Source of the DNA: a virus
Lineage: Duplodnaviria; Caudoviricetes
IMG/VR virus record: IMGVR_UViG_3300013382_000004
Strand: one strand, 5' to 3'
DNA: 64,000 nucleotides
Shown here piece by piece: positions 10,272 through 19,280 of the stretch (position 1 is its first letter; the number at the start of each line of letters is the position of its first letter). The notes beneath the pieces are model-generated. The model had not been told where the DNA came from, made no database searches, and was given only the letters and a program-made list of their open reading frames with translations. The translations under genes were made by a program, and so were the position numbers.

Positions 10272-10515
10272 CATCAACAAGGGAGAGAGTGAAATATCTC
10301 TCTCCCTTAAATTAAAATTTGAAAGGAAATATAACTATGTCTACTAACGATTATTCTCAGCTTCGTACTCTTATCTCCGATTTCTGTCGTAACGAACTTA
10401 ACCATGGTCGTTGCACTGAAGAATGTTGTGAATTCTGCTGTGTGAATGAAACCTATGACAAAACCAAAGTCTCTGAAACTTTAGATAAAGAAGAATAAGA
10501 AAGGAAGTATAAATT

Positions 10516-10764
10516 ATGACTATTGGCAATTTCGTTATCACTTATGAAGGACCTTCCACAGACTTAGAAAAGAACAAAGAATACTATATGTTCATTGTCA
10601 CTCGCTTCGATGAAAAACACAAAGTACTTGATAACAAAGTTTTCTACTTTGCATTTAAACCTCATTTCAAGCCCGAAGATTTTGAATTGATTATGGATTT
10701 GTACAGGCTTCCTAATCATTCCAAAATCGCTAGTGCACACATCGTCTTTGATGTAGAAAAATAA
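10516..10764 (+). CDS. hypothetical protein
   Basis: ORF with SD. Confidence 0.7.
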   Translation: MTIGNFVITYEGPSTDLEKNKEYYMFIVTRFDEKHKVLDNKVFYFAFKPHFKPEDFELIMDLYRLPNHSKIASAHIVFDVEK

Positions 10765-10818
10765 TTCTACTCAAATATAAATAACAACACATTTATTGAA
10801 AAGAAAGGAATTTTGATT

Positions 10819-11499
10819 ATGAAGAACGAAACTATGATTTACGCTAAGTATCAGGAAACTTATATGAACGATGAATTCATTGGCTATGAAAGAGCTAAGA
10901 AGTTCATTAATAACTGGGATTCTTGGGAGAAATGCTTCCCTCATGAAGTTCTTGTTTGGCTTGTTCAGAAGAAAATTAAAATGAAGGATGTCTGTGCTAT
11001 TCATTATATGCCTGTGTCCTTTGGCTTAAATAATTATTATGAAGGTCGTTATGAACGTCTTCCTCAAATTAAAAAGCACTTCTCTTTTACCGAAGAAAGA
11101 GGTGGATGGACAAGAGAACACGTTGAGGATGCTTATCAGTATATTATCCCTGCTCGATATCAAAGCGTTCATCTTAGAGACGCTTTTAAGGAAGCTATCT
11201 ATATGGCTTATCCTTATATGGGAAAATATAAGTTCGATGCTTATGTTCCTGATTATAGCACTTCTACTCAAGATATTTACATCACAATGATTTACAAACT
11301 GGATGGTGAGGAAGTCAAAACAAGTCTTTATTGTCCTCTTGAAGCATTGCTTAAGAAAGACCCTGACCTTATTTATAAAAGACATTATGGCTATAATGCT
11401 GATTATTACAGATGCCAACCTGAACGTGCAAAAATTGTCCTTGGTGTTCTCAATAGCCAGAAGTACAAAGCTTTCTGCAAAAAGGTGAAGGAGGGTTAA
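10819..11499 (+). CDS. hypothetical protein
   Basis: ATG 10819 after AGAAAGGA. Confidence 0.75.
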   Translation: MKNETMIYAKYQETYMNDEFIGYERAKKFINNWDSWEKCFPHEVLVWLVQKKIKMKDVCAIHYMPVSFGLNNYYEGRYERLPQIKKHFSFTEERGGWTREHVEDAYQYIIPARYQSVHLRDAFKEAIYMAYPYMGKYKFDAYVPDYSTSTQDIYITMIYKLDGEEVKTSLYCPLEALLKKDPDLIYKRHYGYNADYYRCQPERAKIVLGVLNSQKYKAFCKKVKEG

Positions 11500-11570
11500 G
11501 CCCTCCTCCTTTTAATATATAGTCACTACAAACAATAATAAACATTTGAATTAAGAAAGGAAATTTGATT

Positions 11571-13187
11571 ATGTCTAACACTGCTATCGCCAACTTCTAC
11601 AAGTCCACCACTCACGATTATGAGAGCTTCTTCACCAAGTATGAACCTTCTGAAAAGGAAAATGAAATCAATGCTCGTATTAAAGAACTTACTGACAAAC
11701 TTGAAGCAGCTAAAGTTGAAATGACCAAGGTTCAGAACAGTCGCTACAATAAGGATTTCACTTCTCATGGTAAGAAGATTGTTGTTCATTACAGCTCTAA
11801 TCGTTCTGATATTGAATTGTATTTTGACTTGTTTACTGGAACTCCTGTAAACCGTGATTCTCTTGAGCCTCAGACCTTTATCATCAAGGAGGTTAATTTG
11901 AAAGGTGGTGACTTTTGGGTCAATGTTGGTTATTGCTTCTCTCTTGGTGCTGTTGTGTCTCGTCATTATAGATACAAAATTGCTACTAATAATGCTTTTT
12001 GCAATTTTGTTATGAACGGTGAACAGTTGATTCCTATTCTTGAACCTGATGCCACTCCTATTAGCGATGGTGATGTTCCTGCGTTTGAATCTGGTATGGG
12101 GGATGATGCCACTTATTTTATTTCTCAGATTTGGGATATCCCTGTTGAGAATATCGGTCCTAAATATACTTTTAAAAGATTAAGAGAATCTTTGAAGAGA
12201 AATAAATCCACTGAAATTATTTTCCGTACTGCTCCCAAGTCTGTACAGGAATCTTTGCTTATGCGCAAAATTGAAACTGCCGAACCAGTCTACAAGCTTC
12301 TCAATCTTACTAAGGCAGAATTCAAAGAAGCCTGTGATAGAAATATTATTGGCGACTGGACGAACTTACAAACCATCATTAGGTCTGCTTTCAAGCAGGA
12401 TGATAAAAATTACTATTACGGTAGTAACGATGACATGACTCTTGAAGATTTTTGTCATTACACTAATCAGGAATGGTTTGATATCATCGAGAAAGCAAAA
12501 TATTGGGACGAAGAATTTGCTTTTAATCATGTCCAGATGGGCGGCTATGGTAATAATGCATTGGAATTAACCTTTAGCGCATATTTAAGAAACAATACTT
12601 CTTATAGAAATGCAAAATTCTATCATTTCTATACCTTTGGTAAGTTCATGGATTATGTTTGCGAAGAAGCTGTCAATCAGGGCTTTAAAACTTTGAATTC
12701 TTTTATGACTGAGCTTCGTGACTATCTTGATATGTGTACTTCCATGGATATCAAACCCACTCTTTATAGTTCTTATCTTAAGCAGACTCATGATATTACT
12801 TCTCGTAACTATGAAGTCAAACTTACAGAGGAACAGGCTGAGATGTTTGAGAATGCCTATAAAGGCTTCGAAAACTATACTACCAAAGATAAGAAGTACA
12901 GTGTCATTCGTCCTAAAAATGCTGATGATGTTAAGCACGAAGGTTCTGAACTCAATCATTGTTGCTCTTCTTATATCGGAAAGGTGTTGAAAAGAAATTG
13001 CCTTATCATCTTCCTTCGTAAGACGGATAAACTTGACAAGTCTCTTGTTACTATTGAGCTTAATAACAAAGCTATTGTTCAAGCAAGAGGAAATTCTAAC
13101 CGTTCTATTAGTGAAGAGGAATATATTGCTATTTGTGAATACGCCAAGGAAAACAAGCTTAAGGTTAATGTTACTCCTCGTGATTAA
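11571..13187 (+). CDS. PcfJ-like domain protein (second copy)
   Basis: LRDYLDM, LKQTHD, EGSELNHCCSSY...IIFLRK...LVTIEL...VQARGNSNR. Confidence 0.75.
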   Translation: MSNTAIANFYKSTTHDYESFFTKYEPSEKENEINARIKELTDKLEAAKVEMTKVQNSRYNKDFTSHGKKIVVHYSSNRSDIELYFDLFTGTPVNRDSLEPQTFIIKEVNLKGGDFWVNVGYCFSLGAVVSRHYRYKIATNNAFCNFVMNGEQLIPILEPDATPISDGDVPAFESGMGDDATYFISQIWDIPVENIGPKYTFKRLRESLKRNKSTEIIFRTAPKSVQESLLMRKIETAEPVYKLLNLTKAEFKEACDRNIIGDWTNLQTIIRSAFKQDDKNYYYGSNDDMTLEDFCHYTNQEWFDIIEKAKYWDEEFAFNHVQMGGYGNNALELTFSAYLRNNTSYRNAKFYHFYTFGKFMDYVCEEAVNQGFKTLNSFMTELRDYLDMCTSMDIKPTLYSSYLKQTHDITSRNYEVKLTEEQAEMFENAYKGFENYTTKDKKYSVIRPKNADDVKHEGSELNHCCSSYIGKVLKRNCLIIFLRKTDKLDKSLVTIELNNKAIVQARGNSNRSISEEEYIAICEYAKENKLKVNVTPRD

Positions 13188-13270
13188 CATTTATCTATAA
13201 CAAATCACAAACACAATTAACAACACATTTAAGCTGACCTAACGGCTATACGGGGAGAAAGGTAAACATT

Positions 13271-13846
13271 ATGACGAACACTAAGATTTATAACAACATG
13301 ACTGTTACCGTCACTTGCAGCGAAAGCGAAGATGTTGAAATGATTAATCTTATCAATAAATTCAAAGAAACTCAGAAAACTCATGAGTTTACTGAGAAAT
13401 CCTATGCACCTAAAATCAAAGCAATTGGTGAGGCTAAATGGATTGTTATTGTAAACCAACTTCTTGAGCTTTGCAAAGTTGCTGAAGAACTTGATATCAG
13501 AAACCAGCTTAGTAACTTTATGCGCATTTCCTTTAATAGAGACGATACTGGCGAACTTTATATTCTTCGCCTCGGATGGTATTCGCCCCTTAACCAGTAT
13601 ACCTTAACTTATGGTTATACAGGCTGCATTTACCAAGATGCTACATTGTGGCCTGTAGAGGAATATTGTCCTAAAAGTGAGCTTGAAGATAAGGATGGCT
13701 GGCTTTCTAAATGGGATGAATATGACATTTATAATAAGTTCCGTTCTAAGCTGATGAAAGAAATTCAGCGTCGTACTGAAATTGAAAATGCAAAAACAAA
13801 TGAAATCATTGACCGTTATAACGAGTTCGCAAAAATTGACGAATAA
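13271..13846 (+). CDS. hypothetical protein
   Basis: ORF with SD; terminator hairpin 13854-13891 follows. Confidence 0.75.
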   Translation: MTNTKIYNNMTVTVTCSESEDVEMINLINKFKETQKTHEFTEKSYAPKIKAIGEAKWIVIVNQLLELCKVAEELDIRNQLSNFMRISFNRDDTGELYILRLGWYSPLNQYTLTYGYTGCIYQDATLWPVEEYCPKSELEDKDGWLSKWDEYDIYNKFRSKLMKEIQRRTEIENAKTNEIIDRYNEFAKIDE

Positions 13847-13898
13847 ATAAAATAAAAGAGTGGGTAAGTGTACATCTTACTCACTCTTTTTAAAACTC

Positions 13899-14140
13899 CA
13901 GCCCCGTAAGCTGTTCATATAAATGAAACCCTTGTCTTAAGGAAGAAAGGAGATGAAAAACCATGTAGAAAATTAAATAGATAAACTACAGATTTAATGT
14001 TTATTATTTCGTGATTGTCTTGACAGGCTTCATGGAAGTTTAAATATTAATCTAAAATAACAAACAGTACACATAGGGTCAAGAGGTTACGGGTCTCTTA
14101 ACATTATATGTATTGTAACATATAAAAACATTCTTGTCAA
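13899..14140. other. kissing-hairpin / micro-ORF / antisense-promoter module 4
   Basis: Hairpin A cagc-CCCGTAA-gctg 13899-13913; hairpin B loop TTACGGG 14087-14093; minus-strand TTGACA(14140-14135)-17-TACAAT. Confidence 0.75.
13963..14043 (+). CDS. TAG-dependent micro-peptide MQKIKQINYRFNVYYFVIVLTGFMEV (TAG=Q)
   Basis: SD AGAAAGGAG, ATG TAG, second TAG at codon 6, TAA at 14043. Confidence 0.5.
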
Positions 14141-14180
14141 TAACTTTTAAAAAAATTTTTATTTAGAAAGGAATTTTGTT

Positions 14181-14720
14181 ATGTCTACTAAAACTAATAA
14201 TCGTATCATTTGGAGCAATTACGACCTTAATCTTGAAAACTGGATTGGAGACATCAAAGAAAGACTTGATGAGTGTGGAGTTGACTATTCTGAATGGAGT
14301 GAATATAAGTTCTATGAAGAAATGGTTGAAGTAAACAACCTATATTTTGATGATGAAAGATGCAATCTTAATATTCCCACTGAAGGTCGTATCATCGAGA
14401 TTGCCGATATCGGTCTCTGGAACGGACGTAGAATGGGTTACAACCTTCTCAATGAGCATAATATCAATGCTTGCCTTAATTTTAAGTCTGACTGTGAGTA
14501 TGCTGAATGGTGGGTTGATTCTCATAATAACCTTCGTTCTCGTCAGACTCACCATGATGGAACTCACTATATCCTTTATCGTGAAGTGAAGCCTGAAATC
14601 ACTTCTGACCAGCTTGATAATTTCTGCTGGAAAATATATCGTGGTAAAGCAACCTCTAAAGATATCACCAAGTATACTCGCGCTCTTGGTAAACAGGTCC
14701 GTAATGTTTATGGGTGGTAA
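14181..14720 (+). CDS. hypothetical protein
   Basis: ORF with SD; IADIGLWNGR, HHDGTHY motifs. Confidence 0.8.
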   Translation: MSTKTNNRIIWSNYDLNLENWIGDIKERLDECGVDYSEWSEYKFYEEMVEVNNLYFDDERCNLNIPTEGRIIEIADIGLWNGRRMGYNLLNEHNINACLNFKSDCEYAEWWVDSHNNLRSRQTHHDGTHYILYREVKPEITSDQLDNFCWKIYRGKATSKDITKYTRALGKQVRNVYGW

Positions 14721-14779
14721 TTAATCACCCATTTACATAAACAACAAACAACATTTGATTTAAGAAAGGAAAAATTGCT

Positions 14780-15496
14780 ATGTCTAAGAAGTATGATTAC
14801 AACAAGTCCGATATCGCTAACATCGTTTTGGAATTCAAATCTTTGCTCAAAGAACATGAGTGCCTTGATGATGTTTGTATCTATTACAATAACAGACGTA
14901 CTCGTTATATTCGCAATCTGTGGGATAAAGATGAGAAGAAATATGTCCCTCTGAATTCTTGGATTGACGAAGGGGAGAGTTTTCATCCTACCAAATATTT
15001 TGAGTACGCTCCTTCTACTAATATCATTAGCTTCTCTTCCGAAGGAACTTTATCTGGCCTCATGTATTCAGGCACTCCTGAATGGCTTGAGAATTTTGCC
15101 CTCAAGTATGGTATGTATATTGAAGCTGCAACTTCTTGGTTCTTTTATTTCGCTCCTTGTAATGAATGGAGTGATTATGAAACCGATGATACTGAAGAAT
15201 ATAAAAATTACCCTATTATTCTTCTCTTCCCTGAAGATTACGATGGCTACAAACTCTCCGCTCTTAAAGTTATCGCTCAAATTTGGGAAGACTTATGCAA
15301 AATGTCTGAAGATAAAGGAGGTTGTGCCCTTGGTTACGGTATGATTTTCAGATACAACGGACAGAAATATAAAATGATTCCTCGGTCTGATAAACAGGGT
15401 GAATGGAGCTGGGAACAGTGGGTTGATAAGATTAGGAACTATCTGTCCATGGTTGGTTGTACTGAAATCTATTGGGACTGTGGGCACATGGATTAA
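14780..15496 (+). CDS. hypothetical protein
   Basis: ORF with SD. Confidence 0.8.
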   Translation: MSKKYDYNKSDIANIVLEFKSLLKEHECLDDVCIYYNNRRTRYIRNLWDKDEKKYVPLNSWIDEGESFHPTKYFEYAPSTNIISFSSEGTLSGLMYSGTPEWLENFALKYGMYIEAATSWFFYFAPCNEWSDYETDDTEEYKNYPIILLFPEDYDGYKLSALKVIAQIWEDLCKMSEDKGGCALGYGMIFRYNGQKYKMIPRSDKQGEWSWEQWVDKIRNYLSMVGCTEIYWDCGHMD

Positions 15497-15506
15497 TTAA
15501 AAGGAG

Positions 15507-15704
15507 GTGAATAATATGTTACGAATCATTAATGGAACTGGCAAGTGTTGTCCTGATTGTGGGGTTGAAGTAAATCTCACTTTTGATGATGAGTTTGATT
15601 ACATTTGTCCCGAATGTGGTCAACTTTTTTATTCTTGGGAATGTGGCAACACTGTTGAAACTACCATGCAGGACATCAAAGACCAAGAAGCTTTGGAACA
15701 TTAA
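15507..15704 (+). CDS. small zinc-ribbon protein
   Basis: CPDCG...YICPECG; SD AGGAGG. Confidence 0.65.
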   Translation: MNNMLRIINGTGKCCPDCGVEVNLTFDDEFDYICPECGQLFYSWECGNTVETTMQDIKDQEALEH

Positions 15705-15741
15705 CAACAACATTTATTAAATAAGAAAGGATTTAAGAATT

Positions 15742-16296
15742 ATGTCTAAGTATACCAGCATTGAAACTGTCAAAAACTATATCGAACTGGCAAGAATGAA
15801 TCTGATTCATCTTGGATTTACAGAATTATCCGAAACAAAAATCATTGCAGAATGGAATACAAGAGCTAAGAATCGGCTCGGTCAGTGCTGTCCTAAACGC
15901 TCAATTGACGGTAAGCGTTATTTCATTTTAAACTTTAATAAAAAATATTTTGAGATTGGAGACGATATCAACGTACAAGGTACAATCATCCATGAAGTAG
16001 CTCACTGTGTCAATAATGGTTTAAGCCATGAACACTCAAGCGGATGGTATAAAGCTATTACAAAATACAATGCTGTTTATGGCACACGTATTCAAAGATG
16101 TAGTTTCGATGTAAACTACCTCAATTATCTTAAACAGCAACTTACAGCCAAAGGTAAGTACAAAGTTTATTGTGACTGTTGTAAAAAAGTGGTGAGAGTT
16201 TATCAGCGTGATTGTAATGCAGTTCAAGGTATTCGCTCCAACCCTTCTATTTGGAGATGCGGTTATTGTAACAATCATACCTTAAGAGTTCTTTAA
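15742..16296 (+). CDS. SprT-like zinc metalloprotease
   Basis: RAKNRLGQC, TIIHEVAH, H...W, C-terminal CxxC/CxxC. Confidence 0.8.
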   Translation: MSKYTSIETVKNYIELARMNLIHLGFTELSETKIIAEWNTRAKNRLGQCCPKRSIDGKRYFILNFNKKYFEIGDDINVQGTIIHEVAHCVNNGLSHEHSSGWYKAITKYNAVYGTRIQRCSFDVNYLNYLKQQLTAKGKYKVYCDCCKKVVRVYQRDCNAVQGIRSNPSIWRCGYCNNHTLRVL

Positions 16297-16323
16297 TTGA
16301 ATCATAAGAAAGGAAGTGCTATA

Positions 16324-16578
16324 ATGAATTACACGACTATAACAAACCTCGTTCACTGGATGCCCGTAACTGGTACGAAAGGAGAAAACTTCTATATGTC
16401 TAAGGATGAGAGATACTATATCTCTCGTCCTGTTTTCTCCCGTAAAGGCTGGGAATTAAGCAGAAGGAATGTTATTGATGGCGTGGTTGTTTACACCTTT
16501 ATGAAAGCATTCTCTTCACTTAAAGCTGCAAAAAATTATGTAGCCAATGTTCTATATTCCGATAACTGTAACTGGTAA
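16324..16578 (+). CDS. hypothetical protein
   Basis: ATG after AGAAAGGA. Confidence 0.65.
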   Translation: MNYTTITNLVHWMPVTGTKGENFYMSKDERYYISRPVFSRKGWELSRRNVIDGVVVYTFMKAFSSLKAAKNYVANVLYSDNCNW

Positions 16579-16614
16579 CAAAACAATTTGTTCTAATTTG
16601 AAAGGAGTTTAACT

Positions 16615-16890
16615 ATGAAATACATTTCTTCCACTCTTTACAATTGGCTCACTGATGATTCCTGCTCCAAAACTCAGCTTCATATCTATGCCATCCAAAG
16701 TGAAGAAGAATACCTTAATCTGGATGCTATGATTGAACATAACGAAGAACAGGAAATCCTTGAATATTTGCATTACGAAAGCGATGTTATTCCTGTTGAA
16801 GCTATTCAGGGCAAGGAATACACCACTTACCACTGCAAACTTATTGGTGATTTCCTTGTCGTTGAAGAAACTGTTACTATTGATTGTTAA
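16615..16890 (+). CDS. hypothetical protein
   Basis: ORF with SD GAAAGGAG. Confidence 0.75.
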   Translation: MKYISSTLYNWLTDDSCSKTQLHIYAIQSEEEYLNLDAMIEHNEEQEILEYLHYESDVIPVEAIQGKEYTTYHCKLIGDFLVVEETVTIDC

Positions 16891-17059
16891 AGGAAGTGTG
16901 TAATGACTCGAAAAGAACTTTATGAGGCTAAAAACAAACAATCCATTTCTGACTTTTTAAATTCTCTAGATGATAATTTTAAAGCTTATATAACTGAAAT
17001 TATCAAAAATGAACTCGAATGGAGAAAACAAATGAAACTTAACGAGAAGGAGAACTAAC

Positions 17060-17611
17060 ATGAAAAATCAGCCTATCACCTCTAAGTACACATCTATCAA
17101 TTCTAAAAAATTGCCAGCAATTTATGGTCGTTTAGATTATTCTGCGCTTTTAAATTATTGGGAGTCTTTAACTAAATTTGAAAGAACACCAACGATTTTA
17201 GATTTCGGTTGTGGCCGTTATACTGACCATATTGAACATTTTCTTTCAACCAAAGGCTTTATTTATAAGGGCTATGACCCTTATTGGAAAGGAGAAAAAG
17301 AGAACCAAGATAGTTTGATATGCGAACCTTTTATAGTAATTTGTTCTAATGTTTTAAATGTTATTAACGACGATATTATTTTGAATAAATTACAAAATAG
17401 AGTTAGAAGCTTTTCTTTTACAGCCAATCTTGACAAAAAACAATCTTTATATTATATTAGTATTTATACAGGAAAGGGAGACGCAATTGGAAGAATAACA
17501 AAAAAAGATTGTTATCAAAGAAATCAAAAAATAAGTGCATATAAGTTGAATTCTGATTACCTTAGTAAGAATACTATCACATCTAAAATAGGAAAGGATT
17601 TTTTAATATGA
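17060..17611 (+). CDS. class I SAM-dependent methyltransferase-like protein
   Basis: ILDFGCGR motif I, GYDPY, VICSNVLNVI. Confidence 0.7.
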   Translation: MKNQPITSKYTSINSKKLPAIYGRLDYSALLNYWESLTKFERTPTILDFGCGRYTDHIEHFLSTKGFIYKGYDPYWKGEKENQDSLICEPFIVICSNVLNVINDDIILNKLQNRVRSFSFTANLDKKQSLYYISIYTGKGDAIGRITKKDCYQRNQKISAYKLNSDYLSKNTITSKIGKDFLI

Positions 17612-18357
17612 AAAAAATTGGAGAAACGTATGGTCGTTTAACCATTGAAGCGAAAGATGAAAAAAGAAGTAAAGAAAAGAAAGAAACATACTGGTTGTGT
17701 TCCTGCTCTTGCGGTAATTTCAACTTAGTTTCGGTAAGTAATTCTAATTTGGGAAAAGCTATTAATAGTTGTGGTTGTTTAAGAAAAGAAAATACTAAAA
17801 AACTTGGAAAGAAAAACACTGAAAGAGAAAGAAAGAAGAATAAATATGATTTAATAACTGAAGATTACGGAATTGGTTGGACAGATAAAGGATATCAATT
17901 CTTTTTTGATTTAGAAGATTTTGATAAAATTAAGAACTATTATTGGGAAGTACAAAAAGGAGCAAATGGCTATCTTTATTTGCGTACTTGTATTAATAGT
18001 ACTAATTACACCATGAGCAATTTTATTATGAAAGGAAAAAGCAAAGAGGATAAAACAATTTACGACCATAAAAACCGAAATTCTTTAGATAATCGTAAAA
18101 ACAATCTTCGTATTGCTTCTGTTTCTGAAAATGGAATGAATGTAAAGACAAGAAAAAACAATACTTCTGGAATAACAGGAGTGCAACAAGCTAAAGATGG
18201 GAAATGGATTGCTACAATAAGGATTGATAAAAAACGTACTTATTTAGGCAGATTTGAAAAGAAAGATGAGGCTATTATTGAACGTCTAAAAGCAGAAAAA
18301 GAATATTATGGAGAATTTGCTCCTCAAAAAGAACTGTTTAATAAATATAATATTTAA
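17608..18357 (+). CDS. HNH homing endonuclease with C-terminal AP2 domain
   Basis: GETYGRLT, WLCSCSCG, SCGC, YDHKNRNSLDNRKNNLR, NTSGITGV, YLGRF...EA. Confidence 0.85.
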   Translation: MKKIGETYGRLTIEAKDEKRSKEKKETYWLCSCSCGNFNLVSVSNSNLGKAINSCGCLRKENTKKLGKKNTERERKKNKYDLITEDYGIGWTDKGYQFFFDLEDFDKIKNYYWEVQKGANGYLYLRTCINSTNYTMSNFIMKGKSKEDKTIYDHKNRNSLDNRKNNLRIASVSENGMNVKTRKNNTSGITGVQQAKDGKWIATIRIDKKRTYLGRFEKKDEAIIERLKAEKEYYGEFAPQKELFNKYNI

Positions 18358-18371
18358 AAGGAGAAATTGGT

Positions 18372-18698
18372 ATGTCTATGAAACTTGCTAGAACTCTTGA
18401 ATCTATCTATGGTGACTTCAAGATTTGGTGTCATGATGCAAATATTGAGCATCGCTACCTTATTGAGTTCGAACCTTATCGGTACAACTTTGTTGGAGAA
18501 AGAGATGATACACTTCCAAGAAATTCTTATAGCATCCACATTACATGGGTAGAAGAGACTGAATCTCTTAAAATCACTTGTGTTCGTGATAATAAAAAGA
18601 ATCGTAATCATTGGGTCGATTCTTATCTCCACGTTTTCCAAGGAATTGTAGATAATTTAATTGATACTATCAAGCAGTTAGAAAGGACGTGTGCATAA
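18372..18698 (+). CDS. hypothetical protein
   Basis: ORF with SD AAGGAG. Confidence 0.7.
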   Translation: MSMKLARTLESIYGDFKIWCHDANIEHRYLIEFEPYRYNFVGERDDTLPRNSYSIHITWVEETESLKITCVRDNKKNRNHWVDSYLHVFQGIVDNLIDTIKQLERTCA

Positions 18699-19228
18699 TG
18701 TTAACTTATTTCTGTGGAGACCATATCAATAAGCCTGTTGTCATGATTGCCTATGGAGAGCATGAGTATTATGACAATCTTTCTCTCATTCCTTCTCGCT
18801 ATGATGGGAAGCGTATTGAAGAAGCTTATATGTATGAGTATCTTCGTGATTTCTTGAAGTACCTTAAACAACAGTCTGAAATGACAGAGGAATTTGAAGT
18901 TCCTCCTTGTTATTGGATTGTTGACCTTAAGAAAAATATCACTCTTTGGAGTGGACTGGCTTATAAATCCAGTTACAAGTCTGCAATTACAGCTATTAAA
19001 GCGTACTATGTAACAGAACTTCAGCAGTCTTCTAAAGTCCAAAGATATGAAGTCAACCTTGAGGTTAAAGGAATTCTTGAAGTTGTCGTTGAGGCTAGAA
19101 GTTTTGACGATGCTAAAAACAAAGCTCAAAATCAAGTTCACACCTTCACAAGTGATGACCTTTTCTGCCTTACTACTAAGGCAATCAGTGCTATGGATGA
19201 AGAGAAAACTACCCATGAGTACTGTTAA
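18698..19228 (+). CDS. hypothetical protein, C-terminal DpnD/PcfM-like segment
   Basis: TAATG coupling; YEVNLEV...VVVEARSFDDA. Confidence 0.6.
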   Translation: MLTYFCGDHINKPVVMIAYGEHEYYDNLSLIPSRYDGKRIEEAYMYEYLRDFLKYLKQQSEMTEEFEVPPCYWIVDLKKNITLWSGLAYKSSYKSAITAIKAYYVTELQQSSKVQRYEVNLEVKGILEVVVEARSFDDAKNKAQNQVHTFTSDDLFCLTTKAISAMDEEKTTHEYC

Positions 19229-19280
19229 TATATACAAAAACCATTAATAATTATTGACATTTGAAAGGAAGTATGTTATT

